Below are positions 8,456 through 17,648 of a stretch of 52,782 nt of DNA, piece after piece (position 1 is the stretch's first letter; each line of letters starts with the position of its first letter). The notes below the pieces were generated by a model. That model saw only the letters and a program-made list of their open reading frames with translations, had not been told where the DNA came from and did no database searches. This DNA comes from a virus (lineage: Duplodnaviria; Caudoviricetes): positions 1 to 52,782 of IMG/VR virus record IMGVR_UViG_3300017776_000018; one strand, 5' to 3'. The translations under genes were made by a program, and so were the position numbers.

Positions 8456-9419
8456 TGATTTGATTTTGCGAGCAAGGCTACATCAGCAAGGATGGTCGGA
8501 CGATCAGATTGAGAAATACATCGGACAACGCTTTGTTCAAGGGGCTAAAAATCTGGCTGGTAAATACAACCAATCAAGAGCCGCAGGGCATCAAGGTGCA
8601 TCGCTTGGGCAACGTTTCTTACCTGGTGGCAAACAACGCTACATGGACGCATCAGGTAAGGGCGTAAGGGATTACAACAAAGAGATGAAAGACCAAGCCG
8701 CAACAAAACAACAGGAGGCTCGAAATGCACAAGCCGCCCGTATGCAAGGAAAAGGCGTAGTTCCATCAACAAGTGCGGAAGCCCCATTGATGAGAGATCC
8801 AGTCAAAGACCCTGCAACGGGGCAAGGAACAACTCGCACCGATCTTGCGGCAGCAACCGTAGGAGATGGTTCACAAAACGGCTTATCAAATGTGCCTGAT
8901 GAAGTCAAAAACACAACAACAACTCAAACCATGCCTGATGGTTCCCAAAACGTGTCAAACGTTCAAGACATCACGATGAACGCAAACGCAAACGCAAACC
9001 CACAACAACCTGCCGCACCACAACAACCTGCCGCACCTCAACAACCTGCCGCACCTCAACAACCTGCAACGGGTGTTGATTCAAATGCACGTGCGGCTGC
9101 TCAACAGGCAATGGTGCAACAGGATGCGGCTACAATCCAGCAAGGCGAAGGTGGCCCTAAGCAATCATGGTTGAAAAACCGTTCTTTCGGAGGGAAAATA
9201 GCAGATATTTTTTCGGGTGGCCTTACGGCGGGTTTTGGTGAAACAGGCGTTATTGGACGAAACAAAGCAAATCAACAGTCGCAACAACAAAACCAAAAAT
9301 ACCAAGACGCACTACGACGACAAACCAACATGGCAAAATCAATGGAACTTTACCGTGATGTGATTTCACGCCGTCAAATAATCCAAGAACGCAACACGAC
9401 TCATAATCTCCGACGGTGA
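8448..9419 (+). CDS. Q/A-rich low-complexity protein
   Basis: AAGGTGA RBS; PQQPAA repeats. Confidence 0.75.
   Translation: MNDDLILRARLHQQGWSDDQIEKYIGQRFVQGAKNLAGKYNQSRAAGHQGASLGQRFLPGGKQRYMDASGKGVRDYNKEMKDQAATKQQEARNAQAARMQGKGVVPSTSAEAPLMRDPVKDPATGQGTTRTDLAAATVGDGSQNGLSNVPDEVKNTTTTQTMPDGSQNVSNVQDITMNANANANPQQPAAPQQPAAPQQPAAPQQPATGVDSNARAAAQQAMVQQDAATIQQGEGGPKQSWLKNRSFGGKIADIFSGGLTAGFGETGVIGRNKANQQSQQQNQKYQDALRRQTNMAKSMELYRDVISRRQIIQERNTTHNLRR
9000..9068 (+). repeat. 18-bp coding tandem repeat (PQQPAA, about 3.8 copies)
   Basis: CC(A/T)CAACAACCTGCCGCA units. Confidence 0.9.
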
Positions 9420-9423
9420 TACG

Positions 9424-11751
9424 ATGGAAGATCGTGAAGAGGCGTTGGATTTCATTTACAAAGGTTGGCGTGAAGGTCGTCAGCAACGAAGAAATCTGGT
9501 TCGACAACGTGGGATAGACCGAACACGTGCAATGCTTTACCCTACCTTGGCGCAACGTGCAAGAGGTTCAATGGCTTCTATGCCTCCTTCAATGCCAATG
9601 CCCACCGAACCACCAATTGTCCCTCAAGAAGCACCACCAATGACGGAAGTTCAAGAATCAGTATCATCTCCGCCAGCACCGCCAGCACCGCCAGCAAATG
9701 ATATGACGAATGACATCATGGACCCAAACGACCATCCCGATGATGCGACAGGGGCATTTCCTGGTCCACACAACAATTTTCAACGAAATAACCCAAAAGC
9801 ACGTATCGCAGCAGGGTTTCCACCAGTTGGAGAAACACGCCGCCCTGCCGCCCTTCCAAGCCCTGAGCCACAACCGGTTCAACCATACGCTGGCCCAGAA
9901 GATGAAGCACGACGTATTCAAGAGGCAAAGGAAAAGCGTGAAAGCCAACTCGCAAATCTGAGAGCAAAGGAGGCTCAATCACCGAATGAACGGAAAGAAC
10001 CCATTCAACGTGAAGAAATGCCGCAATCCGAAGGACAAATGCCTGTCAAAGAGGAAGAAAAACCTCCTGAGCATGAGGCAGCGTTTGAACCTGCTTTCAA
10101 CGAAATGGTTGAGAATCCAGTTGAAACGACCAAGCCGGAAAAGAAGGCTACGGAAAAGAATCCAAAAGTTGTTGAACAAACCAAGAAAACACCCGACCCT
10201 AACCCCGCTAAAGCCGTTGTTGAAGCAACAAAGCCCAAGAAGTCAAACATTGATTTCATGGACTCCGCCGAAGGAGAAGATTCAAAATCACCTTACGTGA
10301 AAGTTGGGAATAAATATGTTCAAGGAGTTGCCGCAAGCAGAATGGTGAGAGAAGGAACTCACAAATGGGGAAGAAAGACCCCTGATGGTCGAAACACACT
10401 TCAAAAGGTAAAGGGTTCCAAAAAGGAAACCACGTCAAAGAAAAAAGACCCTGTGGTTAAAGTGGCGGCAAAAAAAGACAAGGAAGCCAAGGAAGCCAAG
10501 GAAGCCAATTCAACGGACGAAAGACCTAAGCCAATCAAGCCTGAAGGCAAGGCATCCGACAAAGGCAAAGAAAGAGCAAGGCGAGCATCCGATGGATTGG
10601 CGGCAATTGGGATGGGCGATGCCTCCCCCAAAGAAAACAAAAAAAAAGCCAATAAGAAAACGCAGGACTTGAAAGGAATCACAAAGCCCAATCAATCGGA
10701 TTTGCGACGTTCAGCCGACCAGCAAATGCTCGCAGATGTCCTTCTCAAGAAATTGCCTGTCGCTGATTTGAGAATGTTTCGTCAAGCCACGGGTATTGAG
10801 GACATAGCCCCCCTTTTGGATGATAAAGGATTCATGACTCAAGTTTTGGGTGTTGATCCTTCACAGGTAAGGATGATGGGGTTAAGTGATACGCCAACAT
10901 TCAACTATCCTGTTGATCCAGCAATTGGGTTTGATTTGAATAATTTGAAGTTCAACAACGCATTTACGGGTTTTCCTCAAACAACAAAACCTCACATTGA
11001 GGATTTGTATATGCCGCCAATGAAAACCAGTCCTGTTTTGGACGATAAAGGAAAGAAAATAAAAATTGGAATGACAAAAAACAAGTTTGGTGAGAATAAA
11101 CCAACTTATCAAACGGAACAGATTGAGGATGAGGACATTGGCTATTTCATCCGTGATGGCAAAGAGCGACGAAGAATGACCAAAAAAGAAGCCCAAGAAA
11201 TCTTGGGTCAAAAAGTCAAACGTGGAGGTTTCAAACCTCCAACGGGACTTGGTTATGCCTCCCCATACTTCGAACCTAAATCTCGACTTTGGCAATTGCC
11301 TATGATTGAATCAAGAGGAAAACAAACAACGTTGCCTAAATCTCCTTGGAATAACTTTTCATTCGTGAATAGGCGACCCATTGATGCAAGCACAGTTCCT
11401 ATACCAAAAATGCCTATTCTTGACAACATGAAAGAAATTGCTTCCTTTTCGCCAAAAGAACTCAAAGCACGTTTCAAAGGATTGAACCCAAAGAAAGACT
11501 CATTGACACGGGTTGGCGATAGCGCATATGCAACAGAATACCTCAAGGATTTAGTTTTGAGTATGAATCCAAGCAACATGACTGATGAGGACATTCGTTT
11601 TAGCAGCAATGCAAATTATCCACTTCAAACCGAAGGGAGGGGGGTTGTGCGCTATGATGAGGAACCGTCGTATTGGAAACATTTCTTAGCCCCTCATCAA
11701 GACCCATATAACGACAATGTGTGGGAAAGCATGAATGATTTGTTCGAATGA
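9424..11751 (+). CDS. Large, mostly disordered P/E/K-rich protein upstream of the terminase
   Basis: 775 aa ORF; CGGTGA RBS; N-terminal ALDFIYK|G. Confidence 0.75.
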   Translation: MEDREEALDFIYKGWREGRQQRRNLVRQRGIDRTRAMLYPTLAQRARGSMASMPPSMPMPTEPPIVPQEAPPMTEVQESVSSPPAPPAPPANDMTNDIMDPNDHPDDATGAFPGPHNNFQRNNPKARIAAGFPPVGETRRPAALPSPEPQPVQPYAGPEDEARRIQEAKEKRESQLANLRAKEAQSPNERKEPIQREEMPQSEGQMPVKEEEKPPEHEAAFEPAFNEMVENPVETTKPEKKATEKNPKVVEQTKKTPDPNPAKAVVEATKPKKSNIDFMDSAEGEDSKSPYVKVGNKYVQGVAASRMVREGTHKWGRKTPDGRNTLQKVKGSKKETTSKKKDPVVKVAAKKDKEAKEAKEANSTDERPKPIKPEGKASDKGKERARRASDGLAAIGMGDASPKENKKKANKKTQDLKGITKPNQSDLRRSADQQMLADVLLKKLPVADLRMFRQATGIEDIAPLLDDKGFMTQVLGVDPSQVRMMGLSDTPTFNYPVDPAIGFDLNNLKFNNAFTGFPQTTKPHIEDLYMPPMKTSPVLDDKGKKIKIGMTKNKFGENKPTYQTEQIEDEDIGYFIRDGKERRRMTKKEAQEILGQKVKRGGFKPPTGLGYASPYFEPKSRLWQLPMIESRGKQTTLPKSPWNNFSFVNRRPIDASTVPIPKMPILDNMKEIASFSPKELKARFKGLNPKKDSLTRVGDSAYATEYLKDLVLSMNPSNMTDEDIRFSSNANYPLQTEGRGVVRYDEEPSYWKHFLAPHQDPYNDNVWESMNDLFE

Positions 11752-11761
11752 GGTGATATGA

Positions 11762-13198
11762 ATGTCCGAAGCCATGAATCAACTTGCAGCACAGGTTGAT
11801 TTTGAAATGGGGCGGAAGGACTTCAAATACTTCTTCGAAGAGATTTGTGGAAAGTTTGATGAGAAGTTCCCTTGGATTCTCACCAAGTTTCATCAAGAAT
11901 GGTTTGATATGTCCGAAAACAACAGCAAAACCTGTATCATTGCCAGCCGTGATCATGGCAAGTCCGTGTTTTACCGTGTTTATCTCCTATGGAAAATGGC
12001 TTACAATCCAGGCACAGAAGTTCTGTTTTTCTCACACAGTCAGCACCAGTCCATTGAACACATGGGCAAAATGAATGAACTCATCGAAGCCATTCCTGCA
12101 CTACAACATCTCAAACCAAAGCGAGGATGGGCGAAGCAGAAGTTCAAGTTCACCAACAAATCATCCATCTCGGCTATGTCCGTCGGCAAAGCAGTTCGTG
12201 GGGCGCACCCTCAAATCGTAGTGCTTGACGATATTTTGTCAAGTGAAGCCCAAACGCAACTCAAGCACATATCATCATGGTTTTACACGGCACTTCTTCC
12301 TGTTCTCCACCACACCGCCCAACTGTGCATTGTTGGAACTCCGTTTTCCTACACCGATCTTTACGCTGAACTCAAGAAGTTGAAGTCCTATGCGGTTCGT
12401 GAATATCCCGCCATCAATGAACAAACAGGCGAACCATTGTTCCCTGAACGCTGGTCGTTGGAAGCATTGAACAACCGTCGAAACGACATGACCTCAATTG
12501 CATTCACACGTGAATACCTGTGCAAACCGATTGCCAGCGAAGCGAGTCTGTTCCCTGAAGAGGTGTTGAATAAAGTCAAGGATGAGGAATTAGCATTGTC
12601 CTATTATCCACATGATGGTGAATCCTACAACTATTACATCGGTTGGGATCCTGCAATCTCAGCAGATAGGAGAGCCGACTACACGTGCATGATGGTTGTT
12701 GCCGTTGATGAAAACAAAAACAAACACATTATCCACACACACCATGAGAAGGGGATGGACTTCTCATCTCAAATTGACAAAATCATTGAACTTAACGCCA
12801 GATTCAATCCAGTTATCATTGAACTTGAGACAAACAACTTCGCATTGGCGTTTAATCAAGTGCTAAACGAAATCAGCGATTTGCCGATAAAACCCTTCAA
12901 TATGAGCCGAATGAAGAAAGAGGCTTTAATTCATACCCTCCAACTGCAATTTGAACAGGGCAAGTTGTCAATACCCTACAAAGACGAAGGAGGGACACGG
13001 AGATTGATGAACACTTTATTGACTGAACTCTCCACGTTCACCATGTTGGACAACGGACGCATGGAAAGTTTAGGGGGCCACGACGACATGGTTATGGCAC
13101 TTGCATTGAGCGTTCAAGCAACCAAGGAATATCGAGATAGTATCGTGATTTTAGATGCTGATGTTTGGCAAAACAGGTTAGGGTGGGCAAATGTTTGA
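11762..13198 (+). CDS. terL: Terminase large subunit
   Basis: Walker A ASRDHGKS, Walker B IVVLDD, coupling motif VGTP, nuclease IGWDPA and HDDMVMALAL; GAGGTGA RBS. Confidence 0.95.
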   Translation: MSEAMNQLAAQVDFEMGRKDFKYFFEEICGKFDEKFPWILTKFHQEWFDMSENNSKTCIIASRDHGKSVFYRVYLLWKMAYNPGTEVLFFSHSQHQSIEHMGKMNELIEAIPALQHLKPKRGWAKQKFKFTNKSSISAMSVGKAVRGAHPQIVVLDDILSSEAQTQLKHISSWFYTALLPVLHHTAQLCIVGTPFSYTDLYAELKKLKSYAVREYPAINEQTGEPLFPERWSLEALNNRRNDMTSIAFTREYLCKPIASEASLFPEEVLNKVKDEELALSYYPHDGESYNYYIGWDPAISADRRADYTCMMVVAVDENKNKHIIHTHHEKGMDFSSQIDKIIELNARFNPVIIELETNNFALAFNQVLNEISDLPIKPFNMSRMKKEALIHTLQLQFEQGKLSIPYKDEGGTRRLMNTLLTELSTFTMLDNGRMESLGGHDDMVMALALSVQATKEYRDSIVILDADVWQNRLGWANV

Positions 13199-14429
13199 GG
13201 GTCGAATTGAGGGCGTGTTTGGCGTTGAGTCGCCAGAAGATGTGCTAAAGTTGCTTGATGAGAAGTTGATTTCACAGGAAATCAAGAATAATCAGCAAGA
13301 GGCCAAGTTGCTTCAACAAAAAAAGAAGGCGGCGGCAAAACAACCCCAAGAAGGGGCAGGAAGCCCACGTGAGGATGCGGCCATTGAAGGTCTTGATGCA
13401 GATAACATGGGTGGGGGAGATACCCAACCTGGAACTCAGGTTCAAACAGAATCCTCGCCTTTGCCCATGACAAAGACTTGGTTTGCTGATAACTTCGGAA
13501 TGCAAGGCAACGAGATTGTTGATTTGCTCATCAAGTCTGGGCGTGATGAATTGGTGTCAATGATTCAGCCCTTGATTGTCCAAGAACGAATGGCTTTGCT
13601 CAAATCATATCCCTCGGTTTCACCAGATTTAGTTCATACCTTGCCCTTCACCGATTTTGATTGGGAGATTTTGCAGAAGAACCACGAATCATTGGCGATA
13701 CCATTCCGAAGGTTTGTCAAGAGTTGGACGGATGGCAACATGGATGCGTATGAGATTTGGGCGAGCCGCATATCAAAATCGGAACGCCTCAGCATCAATG
13801 AGCGCAAGGTGTTGGAGAAAACACAAGCGGTTCTTGACAGTCATGGAAGCATGAACGCTCAAGCCCTGCAAACACATGGAGTTCCAGAAACCACCCGAAA
13901 AATTGCGATGCTGATTAAATCACACGGTTTCCTCTATGACATTGAGCCATTTGGTTTAGGGTCAAAGCACAATGACAAAGGATTCTTTTACGGACTCAAA
14001 AAGCATGATGTGTTCGTCAAAGACGCAGGGGCTTTGGTTGGAGATCTCTATGAGATGGGCGGCTCAATTGAAATCAGTCCACGTGGAACTCCACGCTTGA
14101 TTCTCCCTTTCAATTCAAAAGTCTGTAAGGAATATGCTCATGCCCTCAACAATGAAATGGGCGTGAGAGGAATTATAGCCGAAGGCGATGGGTTGGTGAT
14201 TGAGGGGGAAGCCTCAGTCGTTAAGGCGATTGATGTTTCTTTGCCTCATTTGAAGGAAAAGAAGGGAGAAGTGAACATTTTGCGAAAGGCACTTGAGGAT
14301 GATGAAAAAGCCATCATGTGCTTGACTTACGCCCATTCAAAACCACAAAAACAAGTTCGCTTGTTGAAGTCTTGGAACCTATCGCTCGAAGCATTTGAAG
14401 AGATGAAGGAGGCCGTAGCAAATGGCTGA
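13191..14429 (+). CDS. Protein with wHTH-like region and degenerate LAGLIDADG-like C-terminal domain
   Basis: VGDLYEMGGSIEISPRGTPRL...LVIEG...SLPHLKEKK resembles the LAGLIDADG fold; the catalytic Asp position is Gly. Confidence 0.6.
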   Translation: MFEGRIEGVFGVESPEDVLKLLDEKLISQEIKNNQQEAKLLQQKKKAAAKQPQEGAGSPREDAAIEGLDADNMGGGDTQPGTQVQTESSPLPMTKTWFADNFGMQGNEIVDLLIKSGRDELVSMIQPLIVQERMALLKSYPSVSPDLVHTLPFTDFDWEILQKNHESLAIPFRRFVKSWTDGNMDAYEIWASRISKSERLSINERKVLEKTQAVLDSHGSMNAQALQTHGVPETTRKIAMLIKSHGFLYDIEPFGLGSKHNDKGFFYGLKKHDVFVKDAGALVGDLYEMGGSIEISPRGTPRLILPFNSKVCKEYAHALNNEMGVRGIIAEGDGLVIEGEASVVKAIDVSLPHLKEKKGEVNILRKALEDDEKAIMCLTYAHSKPQKQVRLLKSWNLSLEAFEEMKEAVANG

Positions 14430-16236
14430 TAAGGAGAGGATGGAACGTCTATTTTCCGCCATTGGCGTTGATATGGAGAGGCACACAACGCCTATGCCGA
14501 CAATGCCATTGTTTCAATCTGGCATCCAAGAACCGCCTTTGTTGCAGGGTATTACCATTCCCGCCCTATACGCTGCAACATTTGAATGCGTAGTTCTCCG
14601 ATCCATTCTCAACCACCTTGCAGTTGAAACATTCCGTAAAGGGTATGGATGGAAGCCAAAGTTTGTTGTCAAGTGCAGGGAATGTGATGAAGAATACCAT
14701 CAAGAAGTTGAAACCTGCAAGTCCTGTGGCGGTGAGGTTCGCAAAGCCGACAAAGGGCAAATTGAATACGCTCAAGCGTTGCTTGAGAGCAAGAACGGCA
14801 TGATGCAGAACTTCGTGGAAATCATGAAAGAAATCGAAATGGATTTGAACGTCGTTGATGATGCTTACCTTATCCTCACAAAAGAATACTTTGTGGACCC
14901 AGATACGAAGAAGGTCATGTTTTTCCGTGTTAAGGAGATTACACGTGCCGACCCTATTTTCATGCGTATGCTTGCCGATAAGCGAGGTGTGCGTGGCGGA
15001 AGCCAATACACCAGCCTTGTTGATAGGACATTCCGCACCAGCGACCCAAAGGACAAATGCCCCACAACGGGAATGCCTGTTGTTCCTATTCACTACATGA
15101 ACCTCGCTGGTGTTGGAAAAGGACAAGTCTATACCGAAGGCGAAGTTATTCACGTCAGCAAATGGTCGCCATCCAAATTGTATGGCCGTAGCCCTGTTGC
15201 GACGATGTGGCGACAGGTGAACACACTTATTGCGATGGATAACTACGTCTATTCGGCATATCAAAAGAAGCGTATGCCCCGTGGCGTGATGGTCATTAAA
15301 TCGTCCAACATGGAAACCGTTGAGCGAACCGCACGAAACATTCAGGAACACCTTGAGCGTGATCCTTCTTACATTCCAACCATCGGTGTTGAAACCGAAT
15401 CTGGGCGTGGCGGTCTTGAATACGTGCGAATGATGGACACTCTCGAAGAACTGCAATACATCCCTATCAAAGACGACATTCGCCAGCGTATCGCTGCATT
15501 CTTTGGCGTGTCCAACGTATTCATGAATGACGTTTCAGGTGGTGGCCTTAACAATGAGGGTATGCAAATTGTTGTGAGCAACCGAGCCGTTGCCTACGCT
15601 CAATCTATTTACAACCGCATTTTGTTCCCTCAAATTGTTGAAGCATTTGAAGTGAGCGAATGGGAATTGATTCTCAACCCGCATGAGGAAGAAGATGAAA
15701 TCATGCAACTCCGACGTGATGAGATGGCTATTCGCAACATGATGCAGATGAAACAGGCTGGATATGATGCAAGCCTACGCGATGGTATAGACGATAAAAT
15801 CCTACACTTTGACTTCAAGCAACCCGATCCGCAGGAAGTTGCTGCCGCCCAAGCCGCCCAACAACAGGCGCAACAGGGTGGCGGTGGCGGTCAAGCACCA
15901 CCAGTTCAAAAGACGGATGAATTGATTGACGACCCAGAATTGATGTTCAAGCGAACCAATTTTGATGCAAGCAGGGGGTCAATTCCATTCTCGGATTCCC
16001 TCGCTACAACTGCTGGAACAGGTTTGCCTCCTTTGAGAACCATTAGCCAAAACACCAGGAATAGCGGGGGTTCAAGCCCCGATATGGTTCGAAGGGTTGA
16101 TGGTGCGCCAACGGGGGCATCCGTGAAAACCGATAAACGAGAACACAAAACGCCTCAAGAAAAAGCCATTGACCACCAAATCAAGGAAACAGAAAAACGC
16201 AAAGGTTTGGGCGGTTCAAGGGGCAATAGTCAATAA
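14422..16236 (+). CDS. Portal protein with Zn-ribbon insertion
   Basis: Position after terL; EVIHVSKWSPSKLYGRSP, PRG and IAAFFGVSNVFM portal motifs; CRECD...CKSCGG insertion. Confidence 0.9.
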   Translation: MADKERMERLFSAIGVDMERHTTPMPTMPLFQSGIQEPPLLQGITIPALYAATFECVVLRSILNHLAVETFRKGYGWKPKFVVKCRECDEEYHQEVETCKSCGGEVRKADKGQIEYAQALLESKNGMMQNFVEIMKEIEMDLNVVDDAYLILTKEYFVDPDTKKVMFFRVKEITRADPIFMRMLADKRGVRGGSQYTSLVDRTFRTSDPKDKCPTTGMPVVPIHYMNLAGVGKGQVYTEGEVIHVSKWSPSKLYGRSPVATMWRQVNTLIAMDNYVYSAYQKKRMPRGVMVIKSSNMETVERTARNIQEHLERDPSYIPTIGVETESGRGGLEYVRMMDTLEELQYIPIKDDIRQRIAAFFGVSNVFMNDVSGGGLNNEGMQIVVSNRAVAYAQSIYNRILFPQIVEAFEVSEWELILNPHEEEDEIMQLRRDEMAIRNMMQMKQAGYDASLRDGIDDKILHFDFKQPDPQEVAAAQAAQQQAQQGGGGGQAPPVQKTDELIDDPELMFKRTNFDASRGSIPFSDSLATTAGTGLPPLRTISQNTRNSGGSSPDMVRRVDGAPTGASVKTDKREHKTPQEKAIDHQIKETEKRKGLGGSRGNSQ

Positions 16237-16264
16237 ATAGAAGGTTATGCGAAAGGTGAGCGAG

Positions 16265-16891
16265 ATGTCATTTGCACACGATTTGTTATTGCGAGCGTAT
16301 CAAGGTGTGGACCATGACGCTCGAATCACAAGCCATATCGCACAAGGGCGGGAGTCGTCTGGGATTCCTGAAACAACACGCCATGACGAATTACAAAATC
16401 GCCCTCGCGATCCGCAATCCCCTGAAGCACAACACAGCCGACATGTGCGGCGCAAATGGGGGGGTCGCAAGTCGGGTGAAAAGCCGAATGCCCCAATGGT
16501 AAGCGGCGACGAAGAATACGCAAAACAAAAAGAGATGAGAAAAATGACAGATGAAAACCAAATCATTGCGAAAATGGACCCAATGGCTCGACGTGCGTTG
16601 GCCGCAATTGAAGGCGTTCAAAAAGCCATCAAAGCAAACGACACCGACGGTATCAGCGCAGGAATCATGGCTGCTGAGAACGCTTTGGCTATGCTCAAGT
16701 CCGACCTTGACCTACACGACCAAATCACAAAAGCCATGTCCAAGACTCAAACCGCAGAACGTTTCATGGGCGTTATCCCTCAATATGACAACAACGCATC
16801 CGACTACAACGGGACTGAAAACGCAGTTGCTATGGGTGTGAGCCGTCATGGTCGTGCGACTGGCTTCTTTACGCCTCATAGGATTGTGTGA
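16265..16891 (+). CDS. Hypothetical head-region protein; possible second start at 16544
   Basis: AAGGTGA RBS before ATG 16265; internal GAGATGAGAAAAATG resembles the MCP leader. Confidence 0.65.
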   Translation: MSFAHDLLLRAYQGVDHDARITSHIAQGRESSGIPETTRHDELQNRPRDPQSPEAQHSRHVRRKWGGRKSGEKPNAPMVSGDEEYAKQKEMRKMTDENQIIAKMDPMARRALAAIEGVQKAIKANDTDGISAGIMAAENALAMLKSDLDLHDQITKAMSKTQTAERFMGVIPQYDNNASDYNGTENAVAMGVSRHGRATGFFTPHRIV

Positions 16892-16896
16892 TAACG

Positions 16897-17337
16897 ATGT
16901 GGAAAATGGATGGTTGGAAAAACCCCCGTGAAAGGGCGCATATCTATGATATGTTCGTTAAGCAAGACCCTATTACGTCTGTTTCAACCGCCCCTGCTGC
17001 ACAACTCATCAACGCAATTGATGAAGGAATCCAAACGCTGGCATCTCAATGCAATGAGATGAACCAACTCATGTCGCAAGCACGTGCAACCAATGTTGCA
17101 TCCGAGCCAACAATCTCTCTCCAAAAGAACATGGAGGCACTTCGCCAGAAAATCCTTTCATTGTCCCAAGACATTTCAATGATTCGAGAAGCACACGCTT
17201 CAATTGCACAAATGCAACCTCTTGCACCAGTCCAGCCTAACGACCCAATGATGGCTTCGCAAGAGCAACAACCACCAATGAACCCAATGGGTGGCGGCAT
17301 GGGCGGTATGGGCGGCATGGGAGGCATGGGCGTATGA
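16897..17337 (+). CDS. Coiled-coil protein with GGM-rich C-terminal tail
   Basis: Heptad region; ends GGGMGGMGGMGGMGV. Confidence 0.7.
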   Translation: MWKMDGWKNPRERAHIYDMFVKQDPITSVSTAPAAQLINAIDEGIQTLASQCNEMNQLMSQARATNVASEPTISLQKNMEALRQKILSLSQDISMIREAHASIAQMQPLAPVQPNDPMMASQEQQPPMNPMGGGMGGMGGMGGMGV

Positions 17338-17648
17338 GCGATGAACAAGAACACATTGACATTCTCAAAGAATTGGTTTCCGAAGTCCGTGTGCTAAACC
17401 AACGTGTTCAAGCACTTGAGGCCGAGAACAATACGCTGGCAAAAGCCATGAACGACCCTGAGATGCTTATGCGTAAGCAGGGTTGGAAGAAGTTCACAAC
17501 CCCTCATGCTGAGGAAACCTTTGACCCGTTGAACCGTCAAGTTCCAATTGATAACACGCCCTTTTCAGGAAGTGGCGACCTATTCCTCAAGTCAAGAGAT
17601 CAAGTTCTTGAAGAATGGAAAGATGCTGAAAAGGCGGTGAGGGCATGA
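17334..17648 (+). CDS. Small coiled-coil protein
   Basis: ILKELVSEVRVLNQRVQALEAENNTLAK|A; DLFLK|S; ATGA overlaps on both sides. Confidence 0.75.
   Translation: MSDEQEHIDILKELVSEVRVLNQRVQALEAENNTLAKAMNDPEMLMRKQGWKKFTTPHAEETFDPLNRQVPIDNTPFSGSGDLFLKSRDQVLEEWKDAEKAVRA

Noticed and set aside
8979-9068. Tandem repeats as a possible CRISPR or mini-array
   Set aside because: No spacers; the units are multiples of 3 and encode in-frame low-complexity peptide.
11762-13198. Intein or intron in terL
   Set aside because: Normal length with contiguous motifs; no intein splice-junction pattern noticed.
13191-14429. Active mobile homing endonuclease
   Set aside because: The catalytic acidic residue is missing and the gene is tightly coupled to both neighbours.
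14566-15456. 296-aa antisense ORF
   Set aside because: Lies wholly opposite the portal gene; explained by sense-strand codon bias and has no motifs.
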